A DNA stretch of 64,000 nt from Mustelus asterias (Eukaryota): assembly GCF_964213995.1 (NCBI RefSeq), contig NC_135830.1:13888001-13952000 (forward strand). Direction: 5' to 3'. Below the pieces are notes generated by a model. The model was not told where the DNA came from and did no database searches. It saw only the letters and a list, made by a program, of their open reading frames with translations. This document shows, piece after piece, positions 34,369-47,200 of this stretch. The translations under genes were made by a program, and so were the position numbers. The first letter of the stretch is position 1; the number at the start of each line of letters is the position of its first letter.

Positions 34369-35729
34369 AATTGTTAACTCAGCAGGCCGGGTACTGCCTG
34401 TGGCGAGAGAAAGAGACAGAATGAACAATTCAGGAAGGTACTGCAGAATGAAATTTGGAGAATAAAAATGGTGCAGGATTTCATGGTCAATAAGCTCAGA
34501 AGTGGAAGAGAAATTGACTACAGGAAAAAAAAAACGTCCTGATGCTGAAAGATGCACGGTGGCACAGTGGTTAGCACTGCTGCCTCACAGCACCAGGGAT
34601 CCGGGTTGAATTCCAGCCTTGGGTGACTGTCAGTGTGCTGTTTGCACATTCTCCCTGTGCTGGCATGGGTTTCCTCCGGGTGCTCCGGTTTCCTCCCACA
34701 CTCCAAAAATGTGCAGGTTAGATGGATTGGTCAAGCTAAATTGCCCATTACTGTCAGAGGGGTTAGCAGGGTAAATATGTGAGGTTATGGGGATAGGGCC
34801 TAGGTGGGATTATTGTTGGTGCAAACTTGATGGGCTGAATGGCCTCCTTCTGCACTGTAGGTATTCTATGATTCTATGCTGTGGGAAGATAAAGCTAGTA
34901 ATTTTTTAAAAAAGTCATTCACATTTATTGCCCATCCCTAATTGCCCTTGGACTGAGTGGCTTGCTCAGCCATTTCAGAAGACAGATAAGAGTCAACCAC
35001 ATTGCTGAAAATCTGGAGTCACATGTAGGCCAGGCCAGGTAAGGACAGCAGATCTTCTTCCCGAAAGGACATTAGTGAACCAGATAGGTTTTTTACAACA
35101 ATCGACAATGGTTTCATGGTCATCAGTAGACTTTAAATTCCAGATTTTTTGACTGCATTCAAATATCACCATCAATACATAGTCGGGGGAGGGACAACAG
35201 TTGAAACTTCATTTAGACAATCTAACAGTAAAATATTAAACACAGTTAAAACATACCCAGCATTAGAGACAGAGGGAAGTTAGACAATGACAGAAAGGTG
35301 ATCAGGGAGGGCAGAGGTAAAACTGAGCAATGGATGGACATGGATTCAGATCCAAAGATGTGCGGGTTAGGTTGATTGGCCAGGTTAAAAATTGCCCCTT
35401 AGAGTCCTGGGATGCGGAGGTTAGAGGGATTATCGGGTAAAATATGTGGGGGTAGGGCCTGAGTGGGATTGTGGTCGGTGCAGACTCGATGGGCCGAATG
35501 GCCTCCTTCTGCACTGTAGGGTTTCTATGATTCTATGATCCACAGTAAAGAAGTCAGACCAGCCACACGTGGAACCTCTCTCAGATAACAGAACACACCA
35601 CTAAAAACTCTCAGTTTCAGAGGAATGGTCACAAGCACTCGCCTCTGAAACAATGCCGCTGTTTTTAAAGATAAATCTGCTTCTGGGAGCTGCAGCTGGA
35701 AAGATCAGAAACCAGAGAGAGAGATTTCA

Positions 35730-35910
35730 AAACTCCCGCCACTGTGGGAACCCCGGAAGTGGGCGTGATGACACCACAATGGTGTGTGCGTGATGGCGTC
35801 ACCGCATGGTTGCGACTGCGCGATTAGCTCAGAATCTGCACGTGCGCGAACACGTTGACAGGCTGTTCCAATGACATCACCCAAGGGAAAACTGCGCTTG
35901 CGCTGGCAGT
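35730..35910. promoter_or_regulatory. CpG-rich promoter-like patch (candidate for ZNF-5)
   Basis: CCGGAAGTG (ETS), CGTCA, CACGTG and dense CpGs in a CpG-depleted background. Confidence 0.5.
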
Positions 35911-37675
35911 GCAGATGCACAGAGGTCTTGCAGTTGGATGTTGGGACATGTGTCTGAACAAAGGAGAGTGAGCATCCCAACAAACCCTCAACATGATCAG
36001 AACCACTTCACTCAGGTTCATTCACTGCAGTCCAGCTTGTATTTTCATATCACCTGATGAAGCAGCAGCGCTCCGAAAGCTCATGGTTCCAGATAAACCT
36101 GTTGGACTCTAACCTGGTGTTGTGAGACTTCTTACTATTTTCATATCATCAGTCCTTCTTCCCCACATCCCTCCACCAGGGGCGGCACGGTGGTTAGCAC
36201 TGCTGCCTCACAGCACCAGGGACCCAGATTCAATTTCCAGCTTGGGTGACTTTCTATGCAGAGTCTGCATGTTCTACCCGTGTCTGCATGGGTTTTCTCC
36301 AGGTGCTCCGGTTTCTTCCCACTGTCCAAAAGACATGCTGGTTAGGGTGCATTGGCCATGCTAAATTCTCCCTCAGTGTACCCGAAAAGGTGCCGGAGTG
36401 TGGTGACTGGGGGATTTTAACAGTAATTTCATTGCAGTGTTAATGTAAGCCCACTTGTGACTAATAAAAAATACTTTTACTTTACCTTCGAATATTCAAT
36501 CTTTCAAAGTTTATCTTATCCTCTGTGTCTTCAATTCTTCCGGGTTAATCATTGTAACAATTCTCTGTTTTGATTTGATTTATTATTGTCACATTTATTG
36601 GGATACAGTGAAAGTATTGTGTCTCAACAGCGTGCAAGAAAATAAATACTGTTCATAGAGTACATAGCGGAGAAGGAAAGACTGCAGAATATAATGTTGC
36701 ACTTACAGATAGGGTGTAGAGAAAGATCTGCTTATTGTGGTAGGTCCATTCAAAAGTCTGATGGTGGCAGGGAAGAAGCTGTTCTTGAGTCCGCTAGTAC
36801 ATGATCTCACCTTTAAAAAAATGATCTCAACTTTAAACTTTAACCTGGTTTTACATGTCCAGATTCAGCACCAACCCAGTATTAAGTTACAACCATAACC
36901 TTTTCTTCATGGGATAGGAAATTGTGAATTTCTTGTTTTAAACCATTCCTGAAATGCTGCTGGTCCTGGAATGTAAAAGGGAAATTTGTGCTGATCTAGA
37001 TTAAAGGGAACTGACCAAAATCAGTTGATCCTTTCAATTGGGTAGATATGGAAAAATGATTTCCTCTGGTGGGGAATCAAGAACAAGGGAACATTGTGTG
37101 AAAGATTGGAGCTCAGAGTGAAATCGGGCAGTAATTCTTCAACTGTGACAAAAAGTCAAAGGACCTGAAACCTTAACTCTGCTTTCTCTCTTGATAAATA
37201 TGGGCAGACACGCTGAGTTTTTCCACTTCGTGTAGCAATTCTCTCCACATGGAAATAGAAAACAAAGGGTGGAAAATCAGATTTAGGAGAATGATTCCAG
37301 GGATGAGAAACTTCAGTGATGAAGACAGATTGGAGAAGTTGGGACTCTTTCACTTGGAGAAAAGACCGAGAGGAGATTTGATAGAAACATTCAAAATCAT
37401 GAGGGGTGCAGAAGAGATTCACTGAGACGATCACAGGGAATAGAGGCTTTAGTTATCAGGAAAGATTATAGAAACTGGGGCTCTTTTCACAAGAACTGAT
37501 TGGATGGGTTCAAAATTTTATCAGGTGAATGAGAAAAAACTATTTCTCAAGTCGATGAGTCAGCAACTAACAGACATCAGATTTAAATCATCACCAAAAG
37601 ACTCAGAGCCAAGGATGAAATATTGAACAGATTTGTACAACATTGAATCAGACTCTCACTGTCCCTGTGGATTTG

Positions 37676-37883
37676 TGATGTGGAGTTGCTGGTGTTGGAC
37701 TGGGGTAGGCACAGTAAGTAGTCTCACAACACTAGGTTAAAGTCCAATGGGTTTATTTGGTAGCACGAGCTTTCGGAGTGCCGCTCCTTCATCAGGCACT
37801 CACCTGATGAAGGAGCGGCGCTCGGAAAGCTAGTGCTACCAAATAAACCTGTTGGACTTTAACCTAGTGTTGTGAGACTACTT
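37676..37883. mobile_element. Mini palindromic Penelope-derived insertion
   Basis: Inverted arms around ~37798; TSD CCTGTGGATTTG at 37664-37675 and 37884-37895. Confidence 0.88.
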
Positions 37884-38064
37884 CCTGTGGATTTGTGTCC
37901 ACACTGTCCCATTAAACACTGAGGACAGCTACATGGCTGTGTTACCGACACCTCCTCGGGATATTCAGGCTAAGAGAGGCACTCTTAAAGGAATGGGCAG
38001 CTGGGACTTGTCCATGAGGGTAACCAGAAGTTTGAAAACTGAAATAATCCACAGTAATGATGAG

Positions 38065-38470
38065 GTGTTAGTCTTGTCTCAGTGGTTGCTTTCTCATATC
38101 TGAGTCAGGAGGCTGTGGTTTCAAATCCAGAGAATTGGACAGGAATTCCAGGCTGACATTCCATTGCAGTACTGAGGGAGCCCCGCACTGTCAGAGGTCC
38201 TATGTTCCAAGTAAGACTGAACAGTCAGGCATAAGAGATCCATTGATGCTCTTTCAAAGAGCAGGAGATTTCTCCCCAGAGTCTTGATCAATCTTTATCC
38301 CTCAATCAAGATCACTCAAATACATTATCTGGATTATTTTCCATGGGATCTTGCTGTGCAAATGAGCTGCTGCATTTCCAACATTATCTGAACTTCAAAA
38401 GAATTTGATTGGCTAGGAAAGCTTTGGAACAACCTGATATCATGAAAGGCTCAACACAAATATAAATGTT
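38065..38470 (+). mobile_element. DeuSINE (SacSINE1/AmnSINE1-like), old
   Basis: CAGTACTGAGGGAG...CACTGTCAGAGG and TGGGATCTTGCTGTGCAAAT..GCTGCTGCATTTCC blocks resemble the Deu domain; further fragments at ~54940-55310. Confidence 0.65.
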
Positions 38471-38624
38471 CCTTCAACTGAGAGAAGACCCAGAAATGAA
38501 ACAGTCGAGAACAGGATTTCAGTTAGTCTCTTAACAAATACGCAACACACCGGGTGTTTGACACTGAGCTGATTTATTTCACGTGTATTCAGAATCTTAA
38601 ACTCCAGCTCAGCTCTTGGGATTA

Positions 38625-39560
38625 TTAACATAGTCATAGAGGTTTACAGCATGGAAACAAGCCCTTCGGCCCAACTTGTCCATGCTGCCCTTTTTTTTAA
38701 ACCCCTAAGCAAATCCCAATTGCCCGCATTTGGCCCATATCCCTCTTTACACATAGAAACCATAGAAACCCTACAGTACAGAAAGAGGCCATTCGGCCCA
38801 TCGAGTCTGCACCGACCACAATCCCACCCAGACCCTACTCCCATATCTCTACATATTTTACCCACTAATCCCTCTAACCTACGCATCTCAGGACACTAAG
38901 GGACAATTTTAACATGGCCAATCGACCTAACCCGCACATCTTTGGACTGTGGGAGGAAACCGGAGCACCCGGAGGAAACCCACGCAGACACGAGGAGATT
39001 GTGCAAACTCCACACAAACAGTGACCCGAGCCGGGAATCGAACCCAGGTCCCTGGAGCTGTGAAGCAGCAGTGCTAACCACTGTGCTACTGTGCCGCCCA
39101 TCTTACCCATGTAACTATCTAAATGCTTTTTAAAAGACAAAATTCTAACCGCCTCTACTACTACCTCTGGCAGCTTGTTCCAGACACTCACCACCCTCTG
39201 TGTGAAAAAATTGCTCCTCTGGACATTTTTGTATCTTTCCCCTCTCACCTTAAACCTATGCCCTCTAGTATTAGACTCCCCTACCTTTGGGAAAAGATAT
39301 TGACCATCTAGCTGATCTGTGCCCCTCATTATTTTATAGACCTCTATAAGATCACCCCTCAGCCTCCTACGCTCCAGAGAAAAAAGTCCCAGTCTATCCA
39401 GCCTCTCCATATAACTCAAACCATCAAGTCCCGGTAGCATCCTAGTAAATCTTTACTGCACTCTTTCTAGTTTAATAATATCCTTTCTATAATAGGGTGA
39501 CCAGAACTGCACACAGTATTCCAATTGTGGCCTTACCAATGTCTTGTACAACATCAACAG
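38625..39560 (-). mobile_element. CR1-type LINE 3' fragment with nested HE1 SINE (~38750-39098)
   Basis: ORF 38874..39440 reads LINE C-terminus and then runs into SINE sequence. Confidence 0.85.
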
Positions 39561-39645
39561 AAACAAACTGAAAAAGTTAGAATGAACATGGTTCAGTCCA
39601 GGATGTGATTAACAGCAGCAATCACAGCAGAACCAATCCCTGCTG

Positions 39646-40145
39646 TCACTTATGCACCCGCTGGTGTCTCAGTAGGTGGGATGAATTAGTGAATCTCTTC
39701 GCACACAGGGAACAGGTGAATGGCCTCTCCCCTGTGTAAACTTCTTTGTATCTCAGGAGGCGGGATGACTGAATGAATCCCTTCTCACACTCGGAGCAGG
39801 TGAATGGCCTCTCCCCAGTGTGAACTTGCTGGTGTGTCTGCAGGTTGGATGATTGAGTAAATCCCTTCCCACACACAGAGAAGGTCTCTGCCCAGTGTGA
39901 ATACGTTGGTGAGTCAGCAAATCTGGTTTCCTTTTAAAACTCTTCTCACAGTCAGGGCAAGTGAAAAGTTTGTTATCAGAATGAACAAGGTGGTGTGTCT
40001 GAAGACAGGATAACCGAGTAAATCCTTTCCCACACGCAGAGCAGGTGAATGGCCGTTCCCCGGTGTGACTGCGTCGATGAGCCTCCAGATGGGATGGAGA
40101 ACTGAATCCTTTCCCACAGACCCCACATTTCCACGGTTTCTCCAT
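39646..40145 (-). pseudogene. C2H2 zinc-finger pseudogene (ZNF-6), frameshifted, 5' part replaced by a LINE
   Basis: Fingers split between ORFs 39753..40145 and 39646..39876 by a deletion/frameshift near 39880. CR1 sequence begins at ~40172, where the 5' exon region should be. Confidence 0.85.
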
Positions 40146-40171
40146 GATGTTGGTATCCTTGTGTCTCTCTA

Positions 40172-41718
40172 GGTTGGATGCAATGCATCCCAGGGTACTG
40201 AAAGAAATGTCGGAGGTAATAGCGGATGCGTTAGTGGTTATTTTTCAAAAGTCACTGGACTCTGGGGTAGTGCCAGCTGATGGGAAAACGGCTACTGTTA
40301 CGCCGCTGTTTAAAAAAGGAAGTAGACAAAAGGCAGGTAACTACAGGCCGGTTAGCTTAACGTCTGTAGTTGGGAAAATGCTGGAATCCATCATTAAAGA
40401 AGAAATAGCAGGCCATCTGGATAAGAATCAAGCAGACGCACCATGGGTTCATGAGAGGAAAGTCGTGTTTGACAAATTTACTGGATTTTTATGAAGATGT
40501 GACTAGTGCGGTTGACGGAGGGGAACCGGTAGATGTGGTGTTTTTGGATTTCCAAAAGGCATTCGATAAGGTGCCTCACAAAAGGTTGCTGCAGAAGATT
40601 GGGGCACACGGAGTTGGGGTAGGGTGTTAGTGTGGATTGGGGATTGGCTATCCAACAGGAAGCAGAGAGTTGGAATAAATGGGTGCTTTTCTGGTTGGCG
40701 GATGGTGACTAGTGGCGTGCCGCAGGGATCAGTACTGGGGCCTCAACTGTTTACTATTTACATAGATGATCTGGAGGAGGGGACTGAGTGTAGAGTAACA
40801 AAGTTTGCTGACGACACGAAGATAAGTGGGAAAGTGAATTGCGTGGAGGAAGCGGAAAGTCTGCAGAGAGATTTGAATAGGCTGAGTGAGTGGGCGAGGA
40901 TCTGGCAGATGGAGTCTAACGTTGGCAAATGTGAGGTTATTCACTTTGGAAGAAATAATAGCAAATTGGATGATTATTTAAATGGAAAAAAATTACAACA
41001 TGCTACTGTGCAAAGGGACCTGGGGGTCCTTGTGCATGAGTCGCAAAAACTCAGTCTGCAAGTACAACAGGTGATCAAGAAGGCAAATGGGATGTTGGCA
41101 TTTATCACGAAGGGGATAGAATATAAAAGCAGAGAAGTCTTGCTGCATCTGTACAAGGCATTGGTGAGGCCGCAGCTGGAATACTGTGTGCAGTTTTGGT
41201 CCCCTTACTTGTGAAAGGATATATTGGCCTTGGAGGGAGTGCAGAGAAGGTTCACCAGGTTGATACCGGAGATGAGGGGTGTAGATTATGAGGAGAGATT
41301 GAGCAAATTAGGTTTGTACTCGGAGTTTAGAAGGCCGAGGGGTGATCTTATAGAGGCATATAAGATAATGAAGGGGGTAGAGGTGGAGAGATTCTTTCCA
41401 CTTAGAAAGGAAACCAGAACTAGAGGGCACAGCCTCAAAATAAAGGGGGGTCAGTTGAGGATAGAGTTGAGGAGGAACTTCTCTCAGAGGGTGGTGAATC
41501 TCTGGAATTCTCTGCCCACTGAAGTGGTGGAGGCTACCACGTTGAACATGTTTAAGTCACGGAAAGATGGATTCCTGATCGGTAAGGGAATTCAGGGTTA
41601 TGGGGAGCAGGCGGGTAAGTGGAACTGATCCACTTCAGATCAGCCATGATCTTATTGAATGGCGGAGCAGGCTTGAGGGACTAGATGGCCTACTCCTGCT
41701 CCTATTTCTTATGTTCTT
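40172..41718 (+). mobile_element. CR1-type LINE fragment (RT) with stops and frameshifts
   Basis: ORFs 40144..40494, 40624..41214 and 41224..41628 carry RT motifs; tail TTCTTATGTTCTTATG. Confidence 0.92.
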
Positions 41719-42420
41719 ATGACTCCCGGCTCCATTCCTCCCTCCCCACCCCGACTCCCGGCTCCATTCCCCCTTCCCCACCCCGACTCCCGGCTCCATC
41801 CCCCCCCCCCCCCCCCCCCGACTCCCGGCTCCATCCCACCCCCCCCCCCCCACCCCGACTCCCGGCTCCATTCCTCCCTCCCCACCCCGACTCCCGGCTC
41901 CAGGCTCCATTCCTCCCTCCCTCCCCACCCCGACTCCCGGCTCCATTCCCCCTTCCCCACCCCGACTCCCGGCTCCATTCCCCCTTCCCCACCCCGACTC
42001 CCGGCTCCATCCCCCCCCCCCCCACCCCGACTCCCGGCTCCATTCCTCCCCCCCCACCCCGACTCCCGGCTCCATTCCCCCTTCCCCACCCCGACTCCCG
42101 GCTCCATCCCCCCCCCCCCCCACCCCGACTCCCGGCTCCATCCCCCCCCCCCCCCACCCCGACTCCCGGCTCCATTCCTCCCTCCCCACCCCGACTCCCG
42201 GCTCCATTCCTCCCTCCCCACCCCGACTCCCGACTCCATTCCTCCCTCCCTCCCCACCCCGACTCCCGGCTCCATTCCTCCCTCCCCACCGCGACTCCCG
42301 GCTCCATTCCTCCCCACCCCGACTCCCAGCTCCATTCCTCCCTCCCCACCCCGACTCCCGGCTCCATTCCTCCCTCCGCCCCACCCCGACTCCCGGCTCC
42401 ATTCCCCCCCTCCGCCCCAC
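41719..42420. repeat. C-rich/G-rich minisatellite, ~30-35-bp unit (GACTCCCGGCTCCATTCCTCCCTCCCCACCCC)
   Basis: Directly visible tandem array of about 20 units with variable poly-C tracts. Confidence 0.95.
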
Positions 42421-42424
42421 TGAT

Positions 42425-42600
42425 TCTCACCCGCTGGAAGAAGCGTCTCCCGCACTCAGGGCTCCGAGCAAAGTGACAGTGCGCATGCTCCAGATACAGC
42501 ACCGCGACTGCGCACTGGCCTCCTGTGGCCTGAATTGGGCACTTTCACACCCGCAGCGAATGCTGGGTACCTACAGCGCCATTGCCCAGTGAAACAGGGA
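42425..42600 (-). promoter_or_regulatory. Candidate promoter and first exon of ZNF-6
   Basis: TGCGCATGC at ~42480 with CpGs; minus-strand donor-like GG|GTGAGA at ~42432 just before the minisatellite. Confidence 0.45.
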
Positions 42601-42859
42601 ACATGAAATAATTTTGCCCCCCATTAATTCTTTTGAATAGATGCTCTATGTTTCATTTCTCAAAGTGATTTAAACCCCTACTCTCCTCTGCAACTAAGCA
42701 GAGGTTTCTAAACTTTTCCAACTGCACATTAACATCCCTCCACTCACCACTCCGCCCCTGACCATACCCTGACTGGCTTCGATTCCAGAATCAACAGTTT
42801 CTTTCTCGTGCCAGAGTACATGAGTTTTCCAGTTGATAGTTCTGAAACACACTTGCTCC

Positions 42860-43440
42860 TATAGTTAAGAAAGCCCATCAACGCCTCTACTTTCTCAGAA
42901 AACTAAGGAAATTTGGCATCTCAGCTATGACTCTTACCAACTTTTACAGATGCACCATAGAAAGCATTCTTTCTGGTTGTATCACAGCTTGGTATGGCTC
43001 CTGCTCTGCCCAAGACCGCACGGAACAACAAAAGGTCGTGACTGTAGCCCAATACATCACGCAAACCAGCTTCCCATCCATTGACTCCATCTATACACTT
43101 CCCGCTGCCTCAGCAAAGCAGCCAGCATAATTAAGGACCCCAAGCACCCTGGACATTCTCTCTTCCACCTTCTTCCATCAGGAAAAAGATACAAAAGTCT
43201 GAGGTCACGTACCGACCGACTCAAGAATAGCTTCTTCCCTGCTGCTGTCTGACTTTTGAATGGACTTACTTGCATAAGTTGATCTTTCTCTACACCCTAG
43301 CTATGACTGTAACACTACATTTTGCACTCTCTCATTTCCTTCTCTATGAACGGTATGGTTTGTCTGTACAGTGCGCAAGAAACAATACTTTTCACTGTAT
43401 GTTGATATGTGACAATAATAAATCAAATCAAATCAAAATC
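42860..43440 (+). mobile_element. Rex1/Babar-like LINE 3' fragment
   Basis: KKAHQRLYFLRKLRKFG...NFYRCTIESILSGCITAWYG; (AAATC)n tail. Second copy at ~54335-54745 (-); tails near 21900, 36570 and 45790. Confidence 0.75.
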
Positions 43441-44361
43441 AATTGTCCAGACATTAAGGGTTCATTTGGTTACTTAAGCACACAGAGTATCATTTAGTGC
43501 TTAATGCAATAATTCTGCACATCCTAGATGACTCTGGAGAAACAACACTGAAAAAAGCTGTCAAGAAGGGAGCTGATGATCTGTTCAGGGTCAATGACTG
43601 GATCACTGCCTCGCCTGGTGTCGAAATGACCATTCATATCCCTCCTTTCAAAACCCTGTTCACAGCCCATTTCAGTTCATGATTGGTCGGCCAATCCAGA
43701 TTATGCTTTCCACCAGGGTCCCACTCCCCATTGCTACACAATAGACTCATGACCAGTTTCTACAAAAACCCCAACAAACCATAGCACCCTCCCTGCTACA
43801 GGCAGTAGAGAAGATCGGTACTGCCCCTGAACCACCAAGAACATTACATTACTGCATCACCTATTGAACATTTAAAGTTGAAAGCATTGATGAAAGAAGT
43901 GGGACTGAGAAGTTAATTGTAAAGGTCCATATGATGTTCTGGGTTGAAATGAAGAAGGAACATAATATCTATGTTACCACGGGGATCAGTGTGAAATGTA
44001 CAAAATGAAAAAGTCAGATAACTCGAAGGAAGATAAACGCTATGTTTGATTTTATTCAACAGGTACAAGATGTTGATGGTCATTGTACTCCTGGACTGTG
44101 TCCAGGCTGAAGTTCTGTTCCTGCTGTATGATCTTCCCCTAGATTGTCCTTGAGGTCCAGACAGGTGATGTTAAACACTTAGGTGGGAAAAACAAAATCT
44201 ACAACAATGTGTTTAAACCAAAGTTAATTAATGTGAGATATATCCAGAATATTAAACTTCAGTTCAATTATCAGCAGAAAAAACATAACAGTCAGAATGG
44301 ACATGGTTTAGTCCCGAATGTGATTAACATCAGCAATAACGACAGAATCCAACTCCTACAG

Positions 44362-45036
44362 TCACTTGTGAACACGCTGGTGTCGAACCAGGTTGTTTGA
44401 CTGAGCAAATCCCTTCCCACAGACACAGCAGGTAAACACCCTCTCCCCAGTGTGAACTCGCTGGTGTCTCAGAAAGTTGGATGAATTGGTGAATCTCTTC
44501 CCACATTCGGAGCAGGTGAATGGCCTCTCCCCAGTGTGTGTCCGTTGGTGTGACAGCACTTCACGCCTGCTTTTAAAGCTCTTCTCACAGTCAGAACATT
44601 TAAAAGGTCTATTGTTAGTGTGAACAAGTTGGTGTGCAGTGAGGAGTGTTGACCGAGTGAATCTCTTATGACAGATGGAGCAGGTGAATGGTCTCGCCCC
44701 AGTGTGAGCTTGCTGGTGTGTCAGAAGATCAGATGAATTTGTAAAACATTTCCCACAAACAGAGCAGGTGAATGGCTTCTCCCCTGTGTGAACTCGCTTG
44801 TGTATCAGCAGGTGGGATGACCGAGTGTATCCCTTTCCGCACTCAGAGCAGATAAATGGTCTCTCCCCTGTGTGAATTCGCTGGTGTGCCAGAAAGTCAG
44901 ATGAATTTGTGAATCCCTTCCCACACTGAGAGCAAGTGAATGGTCTCTCCCCAGTGTGACTGCGTTGATGAATTTGCAGTGTGGATGGGTAACAGAATCC
45001 CTCCCCACAGTCCCTACATTCCCACGGTTTATCCAT
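44362..45036 (-). CDS. KRAB-less C2H2 zinc-finger protein (ZNF-7), 8 fingers
   Basis: ORF 44362..45063; first ATG (ACCATGG) at 45036, MDKPWECRDC...HQRVHK. Decayed finger remnants lie upstream to ~45285. Confidence 0.85.
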   Translation of the reverse strand: MDKPWECRDCGEGFCYPSTLQIHQRSHTGERPFTCSQCGKGFTNSSDFLAHQRIHTGERPFICSECGKGYTRSSHLLIHKRVHTGEKPFTCSVCGKCFTNSSDLLTHQQAHTGARPFTCSICHKRFTRSTLLTAHQLVHTNNRPFKCSDCEKSFKSRREVLSHQRTHTGERPFTCSECGKRFTNSSNFLRHQRVHTGERVFTCCVCGKGFAQSNNLVRHQRVHK

Positions 45037-46159
45037 GGTTAAGATGTCTTTGTGTCTCTTCAAGATGGATGATTACTTTGATTCTTGTTTACCTACAGAA
45101 CACATGTACAATCTCTCCCCACTGTGAATGGTGTGATGGTTTTTCAGGCTGTGTAACTGGTTAAAAGTCTTTCCACAGTCAGTTCACTGGAACACTCTCA
45201 CTCGGGTGTGTGTATTTTTCCAGTCACACTGATGTTTGGAATCTTTTCCCACAGACAGAACAAACGTTTCTCCTTCCACATTCAAAGGTCAAAGATATTC
45301 AGATCCTGATAAATCGAGTGAATTTGTCAGATATTGACGTGTTTTCCGACTGCAACTTCCTGTCGAAAAAGGTGTGTAAAAAAGCTGTCAATGTAAGGAC
45401 AGGAGAACATTCCGAACAAATATTTCTCTTGCTTTGCGTTTGCTATATGTAAATCCTCCCCTTCTCGCCCCCTGTAAAAGGAGTTTCCAAAATCCATCAC
45501 TGTCAGTCCAGGATACAAACTCTGAATTTGGTTATCTGAAGGGGACAAATGAACTGAGTTGCAGGGAGGAGACAGGGGAATAGCTCTCCATGAATTGCTC
45601 ATTCCAAGAGTCAGCACAGACACATGGGCCAAATGGCCTCTTTCTGTGTTGTAACAATTCTGGGAAATTCACAACATTCTTGGTTTCAGATTAAGCTCGG
45701 CACAACATCGTGGGCCGAAGGGCCTGTTCTGTGCTGTACTGTTCTATGTTCCCTTCTCCCGGTTCCTAGCCCAGGATGATGACACATTGATTTGATTTTT
45801 TGTCACATGTGAAAAGTATTGTTTCTTGCGTGCTGTGCAGACAAAACATACCATTCATAGAGTACATAAGGGAGAAGGAAAGGGTGCAGATTATAGTGTT
45901 TCAGTCAGAGCGAAGGTGCAGTGAAAAGTCAGATTAATATGTGCACATGTGACCAGCTGCTCATGGCCCCCTATGAGGATGGCAGCTGTTAACCTGGGGC
46001 CATCACCTGGGCAATGCCCAGAGCTGCCAACGCAAATGGGGAAAATGTGGATTTGGGATTTGCAGCCTGAGGGGAGTGTTTGTGAATCTTCCTCGTCCAC
46101 ACACTGACTCTCCTCCATCCCACAACTGATTGTGCAAGAAATCATTTGGTTTTTAAACT

Positions 46160-46300
46160 GGGATGTTAACAGGCGGGAAAGCTGAATAAATCCCTTCAGA
46201 GTCAGGAAGTGTCTGAACCCTTTCTCAGTGTGACTGTCCGACTGTGTCACTGAATGGGACGAGCCAGTTAATCCCTTTCCTCATGCAGCTGGTGAACTCT
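46160..46300 (-). pseudogene. Highly decayed zinc-finger remnant
   Basis: Minus strand reads SHTEKGF...KGFIQLSRLLTSQ, resembling linker and helix motifs. Confidence 0.4.
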
Positions 46301-46301
46301 C

Positions 46302-46721
46302 CGAGTCGCTGAGCAGAAGCTGATAGCCAAGTTCCGCACACATGAGGACGGCCTAAACCGGGATGTTGGATTTATGTCACATTATCAGTAACCCCCACAG
46401 CTTGCCTCCTGGACTTGCAGGCTGTCCTGTCTGGAGACAATACACATCTCTTTAACCTGTGCTTAATGCTCCCTCCACCCACATTGTCTGTATCTTTAAG
46501 ATCTGGTTGGCTGTAGGGATTCGCATTCTAATCACTATTCTGTAACTTGATTCTGTGTCTCTGTGCCCTGTTTGAGAGCAGATTTCCACTCCATCTGATG
46601 AAGGAGCAGCGCTCCGAAAGCTTATGGTGTTTGCTACCAAATAAACCTGTTGGACTTTAACCTGGTGTTGTTAAAACTCTTACTGTGTTCACCCCAGTCC
46701 AACGCCGGCATCTCCACATCA
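46302..46721 (+). mobile_element. Penelope 3' fragment (related subfamily)
   Basis: Homologous to 11927-12355 and ends ...GGCATCTCCACATCA. Confidence 0.85.
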
Positions 46722-47200
46722 TGATATAAACCTCCACAGTGACTGACACCAATCTCCTCCTGTCTGATATAAACCCCACAGTCACTGACACCAATCTCCT
46801 CCTGTCTGATATAAACCCCACAGTCACTGACACCAATCTCCTCCTGTCTGATATAAAACCCGGTAAGAAGTCTCACAACACCAGGTTAAAGTCCAACAGG
46901 TTTATTTGGTAGCAAACACCATAAGCTTTTGGAGCGCTGCTCCTTCGTCAGATGGAGTGGATATCTGTTCTCCAACAGTGCAAACAGACAGAATCAAGTT
47001 ACAGAATACTAATTAGAATGCAAATCTCTACAGCCAGCCAGGTCTTAAAGGTACAGACAATCTGGTGTTGTGAGACTTCTTACTGTGCTTACCCCAGTCC
47101 AACGCCGGCATCTCCACATCATGATATAAAACCCCACAGTCACTGACATCAATCTCCTCCTGTCTGATGTAAACTCTACAGTCACTGACACCAATCCCCT
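46722..47200. repeat. 42-bp tandem repeat (TGATATAAACCCCACAGTCACTGACACCAATCTCCTCCTGTC), interrupted by a Penelope insert
   Basis: Three units at 46722-46861 and about two more at 47122-47200. Confidence 0.9.
46862..47121. mobile_element. Short Penelope-derived insertion with inverted 5' segment
   Basis: TSD TGATATAAAACCC at 46849-46861 and 47122-47134. Confidence 0.82.

Noticed and set aside
41635-42502. Five overlapping 230-260 aa Gly/Pro-rich ORFs
   Set aside because: Artefacts of a stop-free minisatellite read in several frames on both strands.
46722-46861. CACAGTG/CACAGTC plus ATATAAACC in the 42-bp repeat as an RSS array or CRISPR-like array
   Set aside because: Heptamer-nonamer spacing is 25 nt, no coding segments adjoin, and the units are identical with no unique spacers; eukaryotic context.
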